Below, in pieces: positions 9,442 through 19,692 of a stretch of 20,000 bases of DNA (the first letter of the stretch is position 1; each line of letters starts with the position of its first letter). The DNA is from Trichinella spiralis. Taxonomy: Eukaryota. Location: positions 688,623-708,622 of the forward strand of contig NW_003526947.1 in assembly GCF_000181795.1 (NCBI RefSeq), in the 5' to 3' direction. Under the pieces are notes generated by a model, which worked only from the letters and a program-made list of their open reading frames with translations, was not told where the DNA came from and made no database searches. Made by a program: the position numbers and the translations under genes.

Positions 9442-11546
9442 AAGCTGATTCGATCAGCAGCACTGTTTTTAATATTCGCTTTCTATAAATAATTTCAATA
9501 GAAATGTTGTTCTTTGTTTTAATGTCAAAAATTCTTGAAAATAAAATTTACTATATTTTGTTTTGTTTTCAAATAGATTTAATGGAAATTTTCAAATTTG
9601 TAAGCACTGCTATATACATTTTTGCCTTAGAATTAGCAGTTTTTGTGGTTACGGATTAAAAATGAAAATCCAGTCGTTGAAACGGCAAGAAATGGGAAAA
9701 TATTGTTACATAGTTTAATCATTTCCTTTCTAGCGCTGCTTTGATAGTTAATTTTTGAAATTCAGCTGTTGCTGAAAATTCTCTCTTCTGCATAAAATTC
9801 AACCTGACGAACACACACGTTTATCCAAACGTTCTTGAATTCGCATATGAATCTTCATTTGTCAAAATAGAATTTCATTTCTCATCAATGGAATTCAATA
9901 TAAACATTGAATTATTGTATTACGTTTTTAATTTAATTATCAACACTTCAGAAGCATTTGTTTGATAAAAATTTACATATTTTGAAAATCACGGAACACT
10001 GAATGATATTATGCTTTACTATCATTCTGTAAATAATCTAATATTTAATCGACGTGCATCCGTAGATGAACAGTTAAATATTTTGAACTGCTTTTCGGTA
10101 AGATGATGGAATTTGTGTTTAGGTGGTGTTAAAAATTTTCTCGCTTAATTTCTGATGGTTATTAACAACTGCCTTTTGTCTGCTTTTTGGGACAAGCAAA
10201 TTTCCTTTCTGTTAATATTTTATCGTGTTGAGCTATTTAATAGTTGTCAAGCGTTCATTAATTCCGCTTCTAGGATAGCAGAGGTTAGTAATTAGATAGA
10301 TCAGCCCAATTATGCGATAGGCAGAAGAATGACTCTTTCGCATTTTCCATATGCAGCTAATTGAAGCTGAATTCAAGTACCACAAGTGACGTGATTGAAA
10401 AATTCTGAACAAGCAAAATGGTAATGTATTTTGTTTTAAATATTCTATTGATTTCTCATCATGCACGTGGCTATTTCTTACGGCATAGAAAGTTACATGG
10501 CAGCACTCTGAATTCCTGCATTAAATTAAAATTAATTGTTTTATTGTACATTTTCTGTGGAATGTATTCCTTTTTTGAAAAAGCCATTTTTGAATCTGAA
10601 GTACGAAGCATTAAAAAGTAATTTTTTATTTCTGAATAATTTTTTAGAAGGGTTTAGATTTTCATATTTAGGCAGTTTAAAGTGCACTTGGCTTGTATTA
10701 TAACTAAATTGTAGATTTTCTTTCATCAGACTTTAAAATACGAAATGATAAATAATGCTAATGTTTTGATAATTTGCGTAAACATGGAAAATTTATGACT
10801 GTCTTTTCAGTGATTTTCAATTTTGCACGTTATATGACAGTTTTGAACTTCGAAGATACATGAATTGCCGATTATAATGGTTAATAGAAATATTTGATTG
10901 CTTCATCAACTCGAATTATGTTATCCGAAGGCAAACTGAAATGAAGCTTGTTTCCCTGACATCGAAATGTATTTGTGAGATCTCGCTATTTGTTTGCCTT
11001 TCTGCTAACATCCACCAAAATTATGTCGGCCCAGCGGAGTGAACAATTTAAGTAGTACTTGTTCACCAATTCATTTCATGGAAAACTCTATGTAAGTGCT
11101 ATGCAATCACTTTTGCGTCATTCGTAGAAATAATTTTTGGCTAACGGTATGCTGAGAGTGAATGGTGGTGCGTTTTCAATGGAAAGACGGTCGTAGGTCC
11201 TTAAATTAGATATGATTTTTTGTTCATTTTATTATAATTTCTAGAAATTTTTTGTCGTGGTATGGAACTGCATATAAAGAAGGATGGATCTCAACCAAAT
11301 GGAGACGCTAATTTAGTTAAGTCTCATTTTTCTTCACTTATTTCGTTTTTTTCTACAGTAATGTAATTTCTGAAATTTCACGTCTAAGATGACAAGCCCT
11401 TTATTTGGAAAATTTTATGGATGTAGAATAGTCAAAATATTCCATTATAAATGAGATATGTGCAAAATGTGTCAATGCTTACGATTAGCAGCAATTAAAA
11501 TTTCAGTTTGTCCAGATATTCTTTGTCGAGATACGCTACGTGAAGC

Positions 11547-11936
11547 TACTTGTTATTTGAGTTAACGGGACTTGTTGTATTTGAAAAGAGTAAAGTAGTA
11601 AAGGCCAATTTTACGATAAATGATTGATTTATCCATGCATTAGATATTTAAAGCATAGAATAAAATTGTAAGAAAAGAAGAATAAAAAAAGTACAGTAAT
11701 TTGAATGCTTTCATGGCAAGTTTATGCAAATACAGCGGTTGAAGAAGTATGTATGGATGAGGAAATTGAGAAAATGAACTCTGCAAAATATTTGAATAGC
11801 AATTAGAAACTATTTGCCATACTCAATTAAGTGTACAATTTCAATTTTGCAATTATCAAATTTGAATTTGAAAAATAACTTCTACTCTAATTAATTTAAC
11901 ACTATGAGTGTCACTTTAAACAAGTGAGTGTCATTT
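11547..11936 (+). repeat. ~390-bp element, subtype B (also 14318-14707; partial hybrid copy at ~7722-7966)
   Basis: Aligns end-to-end with 8705-9097. Contains ATGCAAAT at 11724-11731. Confidence 0.85.
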
Positions 11937-12493
11937 GAAAATTAATTTTTTCAATAAAAATAGCCATAAATGCGGATGATGAAAAATGTTATAAGGCATT
12001 TTTATTCCATTCCTACTGGCAGGTGGAATGGTTGATTGTTCTTCATCTACTGCCGGCCGATATAGCAAAATCAGCACGCCTAGAAGGGGTCAGAACGCGT
12101 AGTGTACAAATACACTAAAACCTATGTTGCCTACTGAATTAGCCTGAAAGCGGCTGAAAATAACAAAATCAGCACGCCTAGAAGGCATTCAGTTCTAACC
12201 CCAATGGTCAGCTGAGTATTGCAACCAAAATACAAGGCTGCAATCTCGAAAATGTGCAGCAGAATTAGATAATAAAGTAAAGACAAATGAAAAGACATTT
12301 GATTCTGCCAAGTGGAAGATAAATTCCACCTTTTATAAAGGCGTTAAAGCTATATATTTGCTAAATAATTGCGCTTCAACTGAGCATTACAGATATAAAA
12401 GTAAAAACAGACAGCTACTGAATGATTAATGTAGGAGATTGAAATAAAAAAATAATGATACAATTTCAGTCGATAGCTGTGGTGAAATAAAAA

Positions 12494-12503
12494 NNNNNNN
12501 NNN
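12494..12503. other. Assembly gap with ~190-bp unmerged overlap (12302-12493 repeats after 12504); other gaps at 13623-13632, 16949-16958 and 18288-18297
   Basis: 10-N runs. Relative to copy 1, the 13623 gap skips about 1.4 kb (positions equivalent to 9449-10862). Confidence 0.95.
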
Positions 12504-13381
12504 ATTCTGCCAGTGGAAGATAAATTCCACCTTTTATAAAGGCGTTAAAGCTATATATTTGCTAAATAATTGCGCTTCAACTGAGCATTACAGATATAAA
12601 AGTAAAAACAAGACAGCTACTGAATGATTAATGTAGGAGTTGAATAAAAAATAATGATACAATTTCAGTCGATAGCTGTGGTGAATAAAATATAAATTAC
12701 TGTTGAAACTGAAAGATAAGTTCAATTTTGGCAAGATTACAATAAGCAAGAAAGTGGTCAGCATTGCTCGCTATCAATGGCAAAGAACAACACAATTTTA
12801 ATTTCTTTTTTCTTTCCCACCCGCTTTAAAAGTTAAATTACAAAAATTTGATTGTCTAGTTCAAGTACTGTACTGTACTTGTTATTTGAATAAACAGGAC
12901 TTGCTGTATTTGCAAAGAGTAATGTAATAAAGGTCAATTTTACGATAAATGATTGATTTATCCATGCATTAGATGTATGAAGAATAGAAGAAAATTGTAA
13001 GAAAAGAAGAAAAAGAAAAAAGTACTGTTATTTGAATGGTTTCATGGCAAGTTTATGCAAATATAACAGTTGAAGAAGTATGTATTGATGAGGAAATTGA
13101 GAAAATTAATTCTGTAAAATATTTGAATAACAATTAGAAACTATTTCCCATACACAATTAAGTGTTCAGTTTCAATTTTGCAATTATCAAATTGAATTAA
13201 AAAATAACTTCTACTTTAAATAATTTAACATTATGAGTGTTACTTTAAACAAGTCAGTGCTGTCATTTAAACAAGTTTGAATGCCAAATTGTTTAAACAC
13301 TTTAAAGCATGAGTTACGTCTTGTATGCCGCGTTCTTTAGTTCTTATCAAAGTTCGAGCTTGATAGTTGCATTAAATTGCG

Positions 13382-13615
13382 ATGTGGAAGGAAGGTACTT
13401 TCGCGCTTTTCGTGCTTTCCGCTTTGTGCGTGTTGGTCGCATTTGGGTATATGATTTACAGAGCAGTAAAGTTGGGGAAGAAGGAAAGAAAAAAGAAGAT
13501 CCAGCAGACAAAGCAAAACGTGAATAAATTCCTTGACTTGCTACCACCACCGGGGACAGACGGGCGCCGTTGGACAGTGAAATTATTCAACAAATGCTTG
13601 AGCAGTTCGTCCTGA
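13382..13615 (+). CDS. Small membrane protein, copy 2 (3' end probably misread at contig edge)
   Basis: Identical to copy 1 through PPPG, then single-base insertions within ~70 nt of the 13623 gap. Confidence 0.5.
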   Translation: MWKEGTFALFVLSALCVLVAFGYMIYRAVKLGKKERKKKIQQTKQNVNKFLDLLPPPGTDGRRWTVKLFNKCLSSSS

Positions 13616-15951
13616 AAGCTGANNNNNNNNNNAATTGCCGGATTATAATGGTTAATAGAAATATTTGATTGCTTCATCAACTCGAATTATGTTATCCGAA
13701 GGCAAACTGAAATGAAGCTTGTTTCCCTGACATCGAAATGTATTTGTGAGATCTCGCTATTTGTTTGCCTTTCTGCTAACATCCACCAAAATTATGTCGG
13801 CCCAGCGGAGTGAACAATTTAAGTAGTACTTGTTCACCAATTCATTTCATGGAAAACTCTATGTAAGTGCTATGCAATCACTTTTGCGTCATTCGTAGAA
13901 ATAATTTTTGGCTAACGGTATGCTGAGAGTGAATGGTGGTGCGTTTTCAATGGAAAGACGGTCGTAGGTCCTTAAATTAGATATGATTTTTTGTTCATTT
14001 TATTATAATTTCTAGAAATTTTTTGTCGTGGTATGGAACTGCATATAAAGAAGGATGGATCTCAACCAAATGGAGACGCTAATTTAGTTAAGTCTCATTT
14101 TTCTTCACTTATTTCGTTTTTTTCTACAGTAATGTAATTTCTGAAATTTCACGTCTAAGATGACAAGCCCTTTATTTGGAAAATTTTATGGATGTAGAAT
14201 AGTCAAAATATTCCATTATAAATGAGATATGTGCAAAATGTGTCAATGCTTACGATTAGCAGCAATTAAAATTTCAGTTTGTCCAGATATTCTTTGTCGA
14301 GATACGCTACGTGAAGCTACTTGTTATTTGAGTTAACGGGACTTGTTGTATTTGAAAAGAGTAAAGTAGTAAAGGCCAATTTTACGATAAATGATTGATT
14401 TATCCATGCATTAGATATTTAAAGCATAGAATAAAATTGTAAGAAAAGAAGAATAAAAAAAGTACAGTAATTTGAATGCTTTCATGGCAAGTTTATGCAA
14501 ATACAGCGGTTGAAGAAGTATGTATGGATGAGGAAATTGAGAAAATGAACTCTGCAAAATATTTGAATAGCAATTAGAAACTATTTGCCATACTCAATTA
14601 AGTGTACAATTTCAATTTTGCAATTATCAAATTTGAATTTGAAAAATAACTTCTACTCTAATTAATTTAACACTATGAGTGTCACTTTAAACAAGTGAGT
14701 GTCATTTGAAAATTAATTTTTTCAATAAAAATAGCCATAAATGCGGATGATGAAAAATGTTATAAGGCATTTTTATTCCATTCCTACTGGCAGGTGGAAT
14801 GGTTGATTGTTCTTCATCTACTGCCGGCCGATATAGCAAAATCAGCACGCCTAGAAGGGGTCAGAACGCGTAGTGTACAAATACACTAAAACCTATGTTG
14901 CCTACTGAATTAGCCTGAAAGCGGCTGAAAATAACAAAATCAGCACGCCTAGAAGGCATTCAGTTCTAACCCCAATGGTCAGCTGAGTATTGCAACCAAA
15001 ATACAAGGCTGCAATCTCGAAAATGTGCAGCAGAATTAGATAATAAAGTAAAGACAAATGAAAAGACATTTGATTCTGCCAAGTGGAAGATAAATTCCAC
15101 CTTTTATAAAGGCGTTAAAGCTATATATTTGCTAAATAATTGCGCTTCAACTGAGCATTACAGATATAAAAGTAAAAACAAGACAGCTACTGAATGATTA
15201 ATGTAGGAGTTGAATAAAAAATAATGATACAATTTCAGTCGATAGCTGTGGTGAATAAAATATAAATTACTGTTGAAACTGAAAGATAAGTTCAATTTTG
15301 GCAAGATTACAATAAGCAAGAAAGTGGTCAGCATTGCTCGCTATCAATGGCAAAGAACAACACAATTTTAATTTCTTTTTTCTTTCCCACCCGCTTTAAA
15401 AGTTAAATTACAAAAATTTGATTGTCTAGTTCAAGTACTGTACTGTACTTGTTATTTGAATAAACAGGACTTGCTGTATTTGCAAAGAGTAATGTAATAA
15501 AGGTCAATTTTACGATAAATGATTGATTTATCCATGCATTAGATGTATGAAGAATAGAAGAAAATTGTAAGAAAAGAAGAAAAAGAAAAAAGTACTGTTA
15601 TTTGAATGGTTTCATGGCAAGTTTATGCAAATATAACAGTTGAAGAAGTATGTATTGATGAGGAAATTGAGAAAATTAATTCTGTAAAATATTTGAATAA
15701 CAATTAGAAACTATTTCCCATACACAATTAAGTGTTCAGTTTCAATTTTGCAATTATCAAATTGAATTAAAAAATAACTTCTACTTTAAATAATTTAACA
15801 TTATGAGTGTTACTTTAAACAAGTCAGTGCTGTCATTTAAACAAGTTTGAATGCCAAATTGTTTAAACACTTTAAAGCATGAGTTACGTCTTGTATGCCG
15901 CGTTCTTTAGTTCTTATCAAAGTTCGAGCTTGATAGTTGCATTAAATTGCG

Positions 15952-16182
15952 ATGTGGAAGGAAGGTACTTTCGCGCTTTTCGTGCTTTCCGCTTTGTGCG
16001 TGTTGGTCGCATTTGGGTATATGATTTACAGAGCAGTAAAGTTGGGGAAGAAGGAAAGAAAAAAGAAGATCCAGCAGACAAAGCAAAACGTGAATAAATT
16101 CCTTGACTTGCTACCACCACCGGGACAGACGGCGCCGTTGGACAGTGAAATTATTCAACAAATGCTTGAGCAGTCGTCATGA
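15952..16182 (+). CDS. Small membrane protein, copy 3
   Basis: Protein identical to copy 1. Confidence 0.6.
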   Translation: MWKEGTFALFVLSALCVLVAFGYMIYRAVKLGKKERKKKIQQTKQNVNKFLDLLPPPGQTAPLDSEIIQQMLEQSS

Positions 16183-17366
16183 AAGCTGATTCGATCAGCA
16201 GCACTGTTTTTAATATTCGCTTTCTATAAATAATTTCAATAGAAATGTTGTTCTTTGTTTTAATGTCAAAAATTCTTGAAAATAAAATTTACTATATTTT
16301 GTTTTGTTTTCAAATAGATTTAATGGAAATTTTCAAATTTGTAAGCACTGCTATATACATTTTTGCCTTAGAATTAGCAGTTTTTGTGGTTAGGGCTTAA
16401 AAATGAAAATCCAGTCGTTGAAACGGCAAGAAATGGGAAAATATTGTTACATAGTTTAATCATTTCCTTGTTTTCCGGGAATCGAAATGCATTTGTGAGA
16501 CTTCAGTATTTGTTTTCCTTTCAGCTAACATACACCCAAATTATGTCGGCCCAGCGGATTGAACAATGGAACCAAAATTATTAAGTTCTTCAAAACAAAA
16601 CGTAAGCGTTTTAAGTGTTTACTTTTCCAAAAAGCAAACATTTCATGGGATCCATTTACGGTTACCATCTTTTTCATTCATGAAACTCATAATTGATACC
16701 ACATGTGTGGCTATTTGAATTTACTTTTGCTAAGTTATGAAGATGCTTTTTCCGGTTGCATAAATAAATACCATATGTTTTCCCCCCCCCCGCGAAACTT
16801 CCTAATATATGCTGGGAAAAAAAAAAAATTCACAACTGAATGTCAAATTATAAGGCTCGGGCATGGTAATTGTTCGAAACTTTTAAAGTATGAAATATTA
16901 AATACCGAAGAAATTATTCCATGCTTGTCATGGAACTGGCAATGTTTTNNNNNNNNNNTTGTATACATTGCACATTTTATCTTTTTTTTGAAAAAATAAA
17001 CTTTTTCATTAATAAAGAATTGTTGTGTGTTGTTGCATTGTCTTGGTTATATTAAAAGAAAAATTTTTTTTCTTACTTTTAAATAGATTAATAATTTACA
17101 TGTATTACGTGTATTATTTGATTTTTCCCCCATTTTAACTGTTTTGCTTTTGTTCCTATAAACTAATTAATATTGCTGGCTGGCAACTAGTAATGGCAAA
17201 CATGATTTTCCCCTTTTTAACTAATCCTACATGAGCATCATCGTTAAGAAATAACGCAGTATTGGTCTTTTGTTACGTCTGTGTATTGTGTCTTTGTAAT
17301 GAAGAAGCTTTCCACAGTCGACTTTGCCAAATCGTATCTTCTCCAACGTGCCAATACTTACCTCAC

Positions 17367-17414
17367 TTGACCAACGAACGGAATTGACCAACGAACGCAA
17401 TTGACCAACAAACG
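17367..17414. repeat. 17-bp-period tandem repeat, 3 copies
   Basis: TTGACCAACGAACG at 17367 and 17384, and TTGACCAACAAACG at 17401. Confidence 0.9.
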
Positions 17415-17524
17415 ATTCGATCCAACCTATCCACAACCTTTCACCGATCTTGGCTTTCTCCATCTGTTTTCTTTCTTGTCCATGTGCATTATTTTTCCAT
17501 AGTTTATTACGTGTTTACTGATTT

Positions 17525-18124
17525 GTATGCAATGCTTTCATGTGTCAGAGATTTTACAAAGTCAAACTCAAAATAAACGAATCAGAGAAAAAATATTTGG
17601 AGAAATAAAGTGAAAAAAAACAAAATGTACAATATAAGAAGAAAAAAAGTGAAAATCAAAGAAATCAAAAGATATAATGGGAGAAATTACAGAATGAATA
17701 AAATGTATAACATAAAGTAAGGGAAAATAAAGTTTAAATGAATGTTTGAAGTTTAACAGTTTGAAAAATAAAATAAAGTGAAAAAACGTGCTTTGAAATG
17801 ATACAAAATTAAGTTATGTAAGTAAATAAAAACAAAAATTACAAAATTAAAATTGTAAAGTAAATAAGATATAAAATATAAAATAAATAAATGTAAAAAA
17901 AATAAGTAAATAAATAAGTATAAAAAATAAGATCGAAATTCAATAAAATGTATAAAGTAGGGAAAAATGAAGTTTAAATGAATGAGAAAAAAATGAAAAA
18001 TAAAAATAAAATAAAAAGAATTTGCTATGGAAATGGTACAAAATAAAACCATGTAAGAAATGATAAAAATTGCAAAATGAACGAAAATCAAAAATTATTT
18101 CGACACATGAAAGCAGTTGCATAC
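17525..18124. mobile_element. Possible non-autonomous TIR (MITE-like) element with A-rich low-complexity interior
   Basis: GTATGCAATGCTTTCATGTGTC (17525-17546) is the reverse complement, with one indel, of GACACATGAAAGCAGTTGCATAC (18102-18124). No clear target-site duplication. Confidence 0.4.
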
Positions 18125-18297
18125 GTAAATTTTGCTGCGTGAAAGACCAAGTACTGCATTAATTCAAAACTCAGCCATGTAGGTTGGTCGTTAACTTAAT
18201 TACAACTATGGGATAACTTCACCCTTTCGAAGTATCCCAATCCCAGACCTACAGAATTGGGGTCCCAGGAACTTTGTCTTCTCTTGTNNNNNNNNNN

Positions 18298-18607
18298 CTC
18301 CTAGTCCCGTGCTGGCCAGAGACCGGTTTCAAAGAGATGACCCTGTCCATTTGTGTGGTAATGGACGTTGTTTGAAATCTTGTGCAATGGGATTTCAACA
18401 CCTATGTGAATTCGTAAGACGTATCTGTCCTAGAGGCAGTTATGCAAATTCGCAATTGACGTAGTGCCGAGACTCTGTTTCGGTGCCAATCTAGTGGTGA
18501 TCGTTACTCCCCCAAGAGGAACGGTAAGCGTCGCTATGCGTTTGTGTTATTGTCTCGCTGGCTCTGACACTTGGCCAATGATTGACATCAGATTTGCCGT
18601 CACACCT
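18298..18607 (-). other. Unassigned hairpin-rich element L, homologous to element R in inverted orientation; truncated by gap
   Basis: Shares five colinear motifs with 19693-19897 and contains several hairpins. Strand is given relative to R; the true functional strand is unknown. Confidence 0.55.
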
Positions 18608-18812
18608 TTAACTAGTTCATTTGGCGTTGCACCTTTCATCAGTTTAGGCATAGTACCTTTGAAATTAATCTTCATCGAGAGTTTCCCCTTATAATCATGC
18701 TAAATAGTTTAAATTTTTTAAAAAATTTATACATTAATTTTTTCATTTCAGACATTAAATGATATAGAAAATATAATGTTCATTCATCTAATAATTGGGC
18801 AAATTCAGTTTT

Positions 18813-19001
18813 TGTTTACATTACACTGTTTTAAAGTAGAAAAGTTTACCAGTTTTTTATTTACATTTCATCATATAAAAGATTTTAATTATTCATTAAT
18901 TTTATACTGATAATAATATATTTTTAGTCTAAAGCAGTTTTTTACTTTAAAGAATGTAATGTCAAAGTAGATTTCTACTTTAAAACAGTGTAATGTAAAC
19001 A
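18813..19001. repeat. Perfect 30-bp inverted repeat with 129-bp spacer (MITE-like or cruciform)
   Basis: TGTTTACATTACACTGTTTTAAAGTAGAAA (18813-18842) and its exact reverse complement at 18972-19001. A degenerate third arm lies at ~18939-18962. Confidence 0.9.
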
Positions 19002-19356
19002 GTTAAAAGGGATGTAATATAGTAAACATTAAATAAGCATAATTTTATTTATTGATTGATTATTGGTGAATTAGCTATTGTTTGAATATAAACTTTTTAC
19101 TTATAAAAATGTTAATCGGGGTCTCCTTTAAGTAGGTAATGGGAAAAGTAAACTTGGTATAAATGAAATAAACAATTAGCTTAGGCAAGGTGCAACGAGT
19201 TTAATCATTTTATAAATAGGAAGTAATATTCTATAAATAGAATGTTATTAATCCGTAACATGTAGGAAAACAATGTATTAAATGAGATTAATTTTAATAT
19301 GCTAATTAGAAAGTTTAAAATGCAACGTAAATGCAACACTGAGTATTTTAATTTTT

Positions 19357-19506
19357 AATTAGGTTAAATAACGTCACTCGTAACTGCATATTTTAGCAGT
19401 GAGAGTTTTTTAATTAATGATTAACATACAATGTAAACACAAAAGTGGGTCATAATATTTTCCAATTAGGTATAATAACGTCACTCGTAACTACATATTT
19501 TAGCAG
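19357..19506. repeat. 43-bp direct repeat, 2 copies, 107-bp period
   Basis: AATTAGGT(TA/AT)AATAACGTCACTCGTAACT(G/A)CATATTTTAGCAG at 19357-19399 and 19464-19506, with 3 mismatches. Confidence 0.9.
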
Positions 19507-19692
19507 GGTTTTTTAATAGTTAATTAGAATGTTTTAAATGGAATGCAAAAAACAGCTACTTACAGTAGTCAGTTTCATTTGAAAAGATAAGTAGGCATAA
19601 TACATTAAATCAATAATGATGAGTTGTAAATCATACGGTAAGTATGCAAACATGAGTTGGTTCTGCAGGACAGTACATTAATATTGAGTATC

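Larger units (their letters stand above)
7785..16469 (+). repeat. Tandem array of a 3,970-bp unit: copy 1 7785-11754, copy 2 11755-14525 (gapped), copy 3 14526-16469 (partial)
   Basis: GGAAATTGAGAAAATGAACTCTGC occurs at 7791, 11761 and 14532, and ORF starts at 9211, 13382 and 15952. Copies are near-identical, and the copy1/copy2 junction lies inside one ungapped contig. Confidence 0.95.

Noticed and set aside
9745..9782. AATTTTTGA followed by a TTCAGC/GCTGAA hairpin (Sm-site plus 3' stem-like)
   Set aside because: No upstream donor or snRNA-like 5' domain, and such motifs are common in T-rich DNA.
12302..12690. Apparent extra ~190-bp tandem duplication
   Set aside because: It straddles an N gap and is best explained as an unmerged contig overlap.
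13550..13622. Apparent frameshifted allele of the small ORF in copy 2
   Set aside because: The indels cluster at a contig end next to a gap, and the same error pattern occurs before the 12494 gap; likely low-quality base calls.
17753..18122. Phe/Ile/Tyr-rich 112-aa and 60-aa ORFs
   Set aside because: Artefacts of low-complexity T-rich sequence on the minus strand.
18594..18606. GCCGTCACACC resembling an SSU rRNA 3' conserved motif
   Set aside because: The match is short and imperfect, with no other rRNA landmarks nearby.
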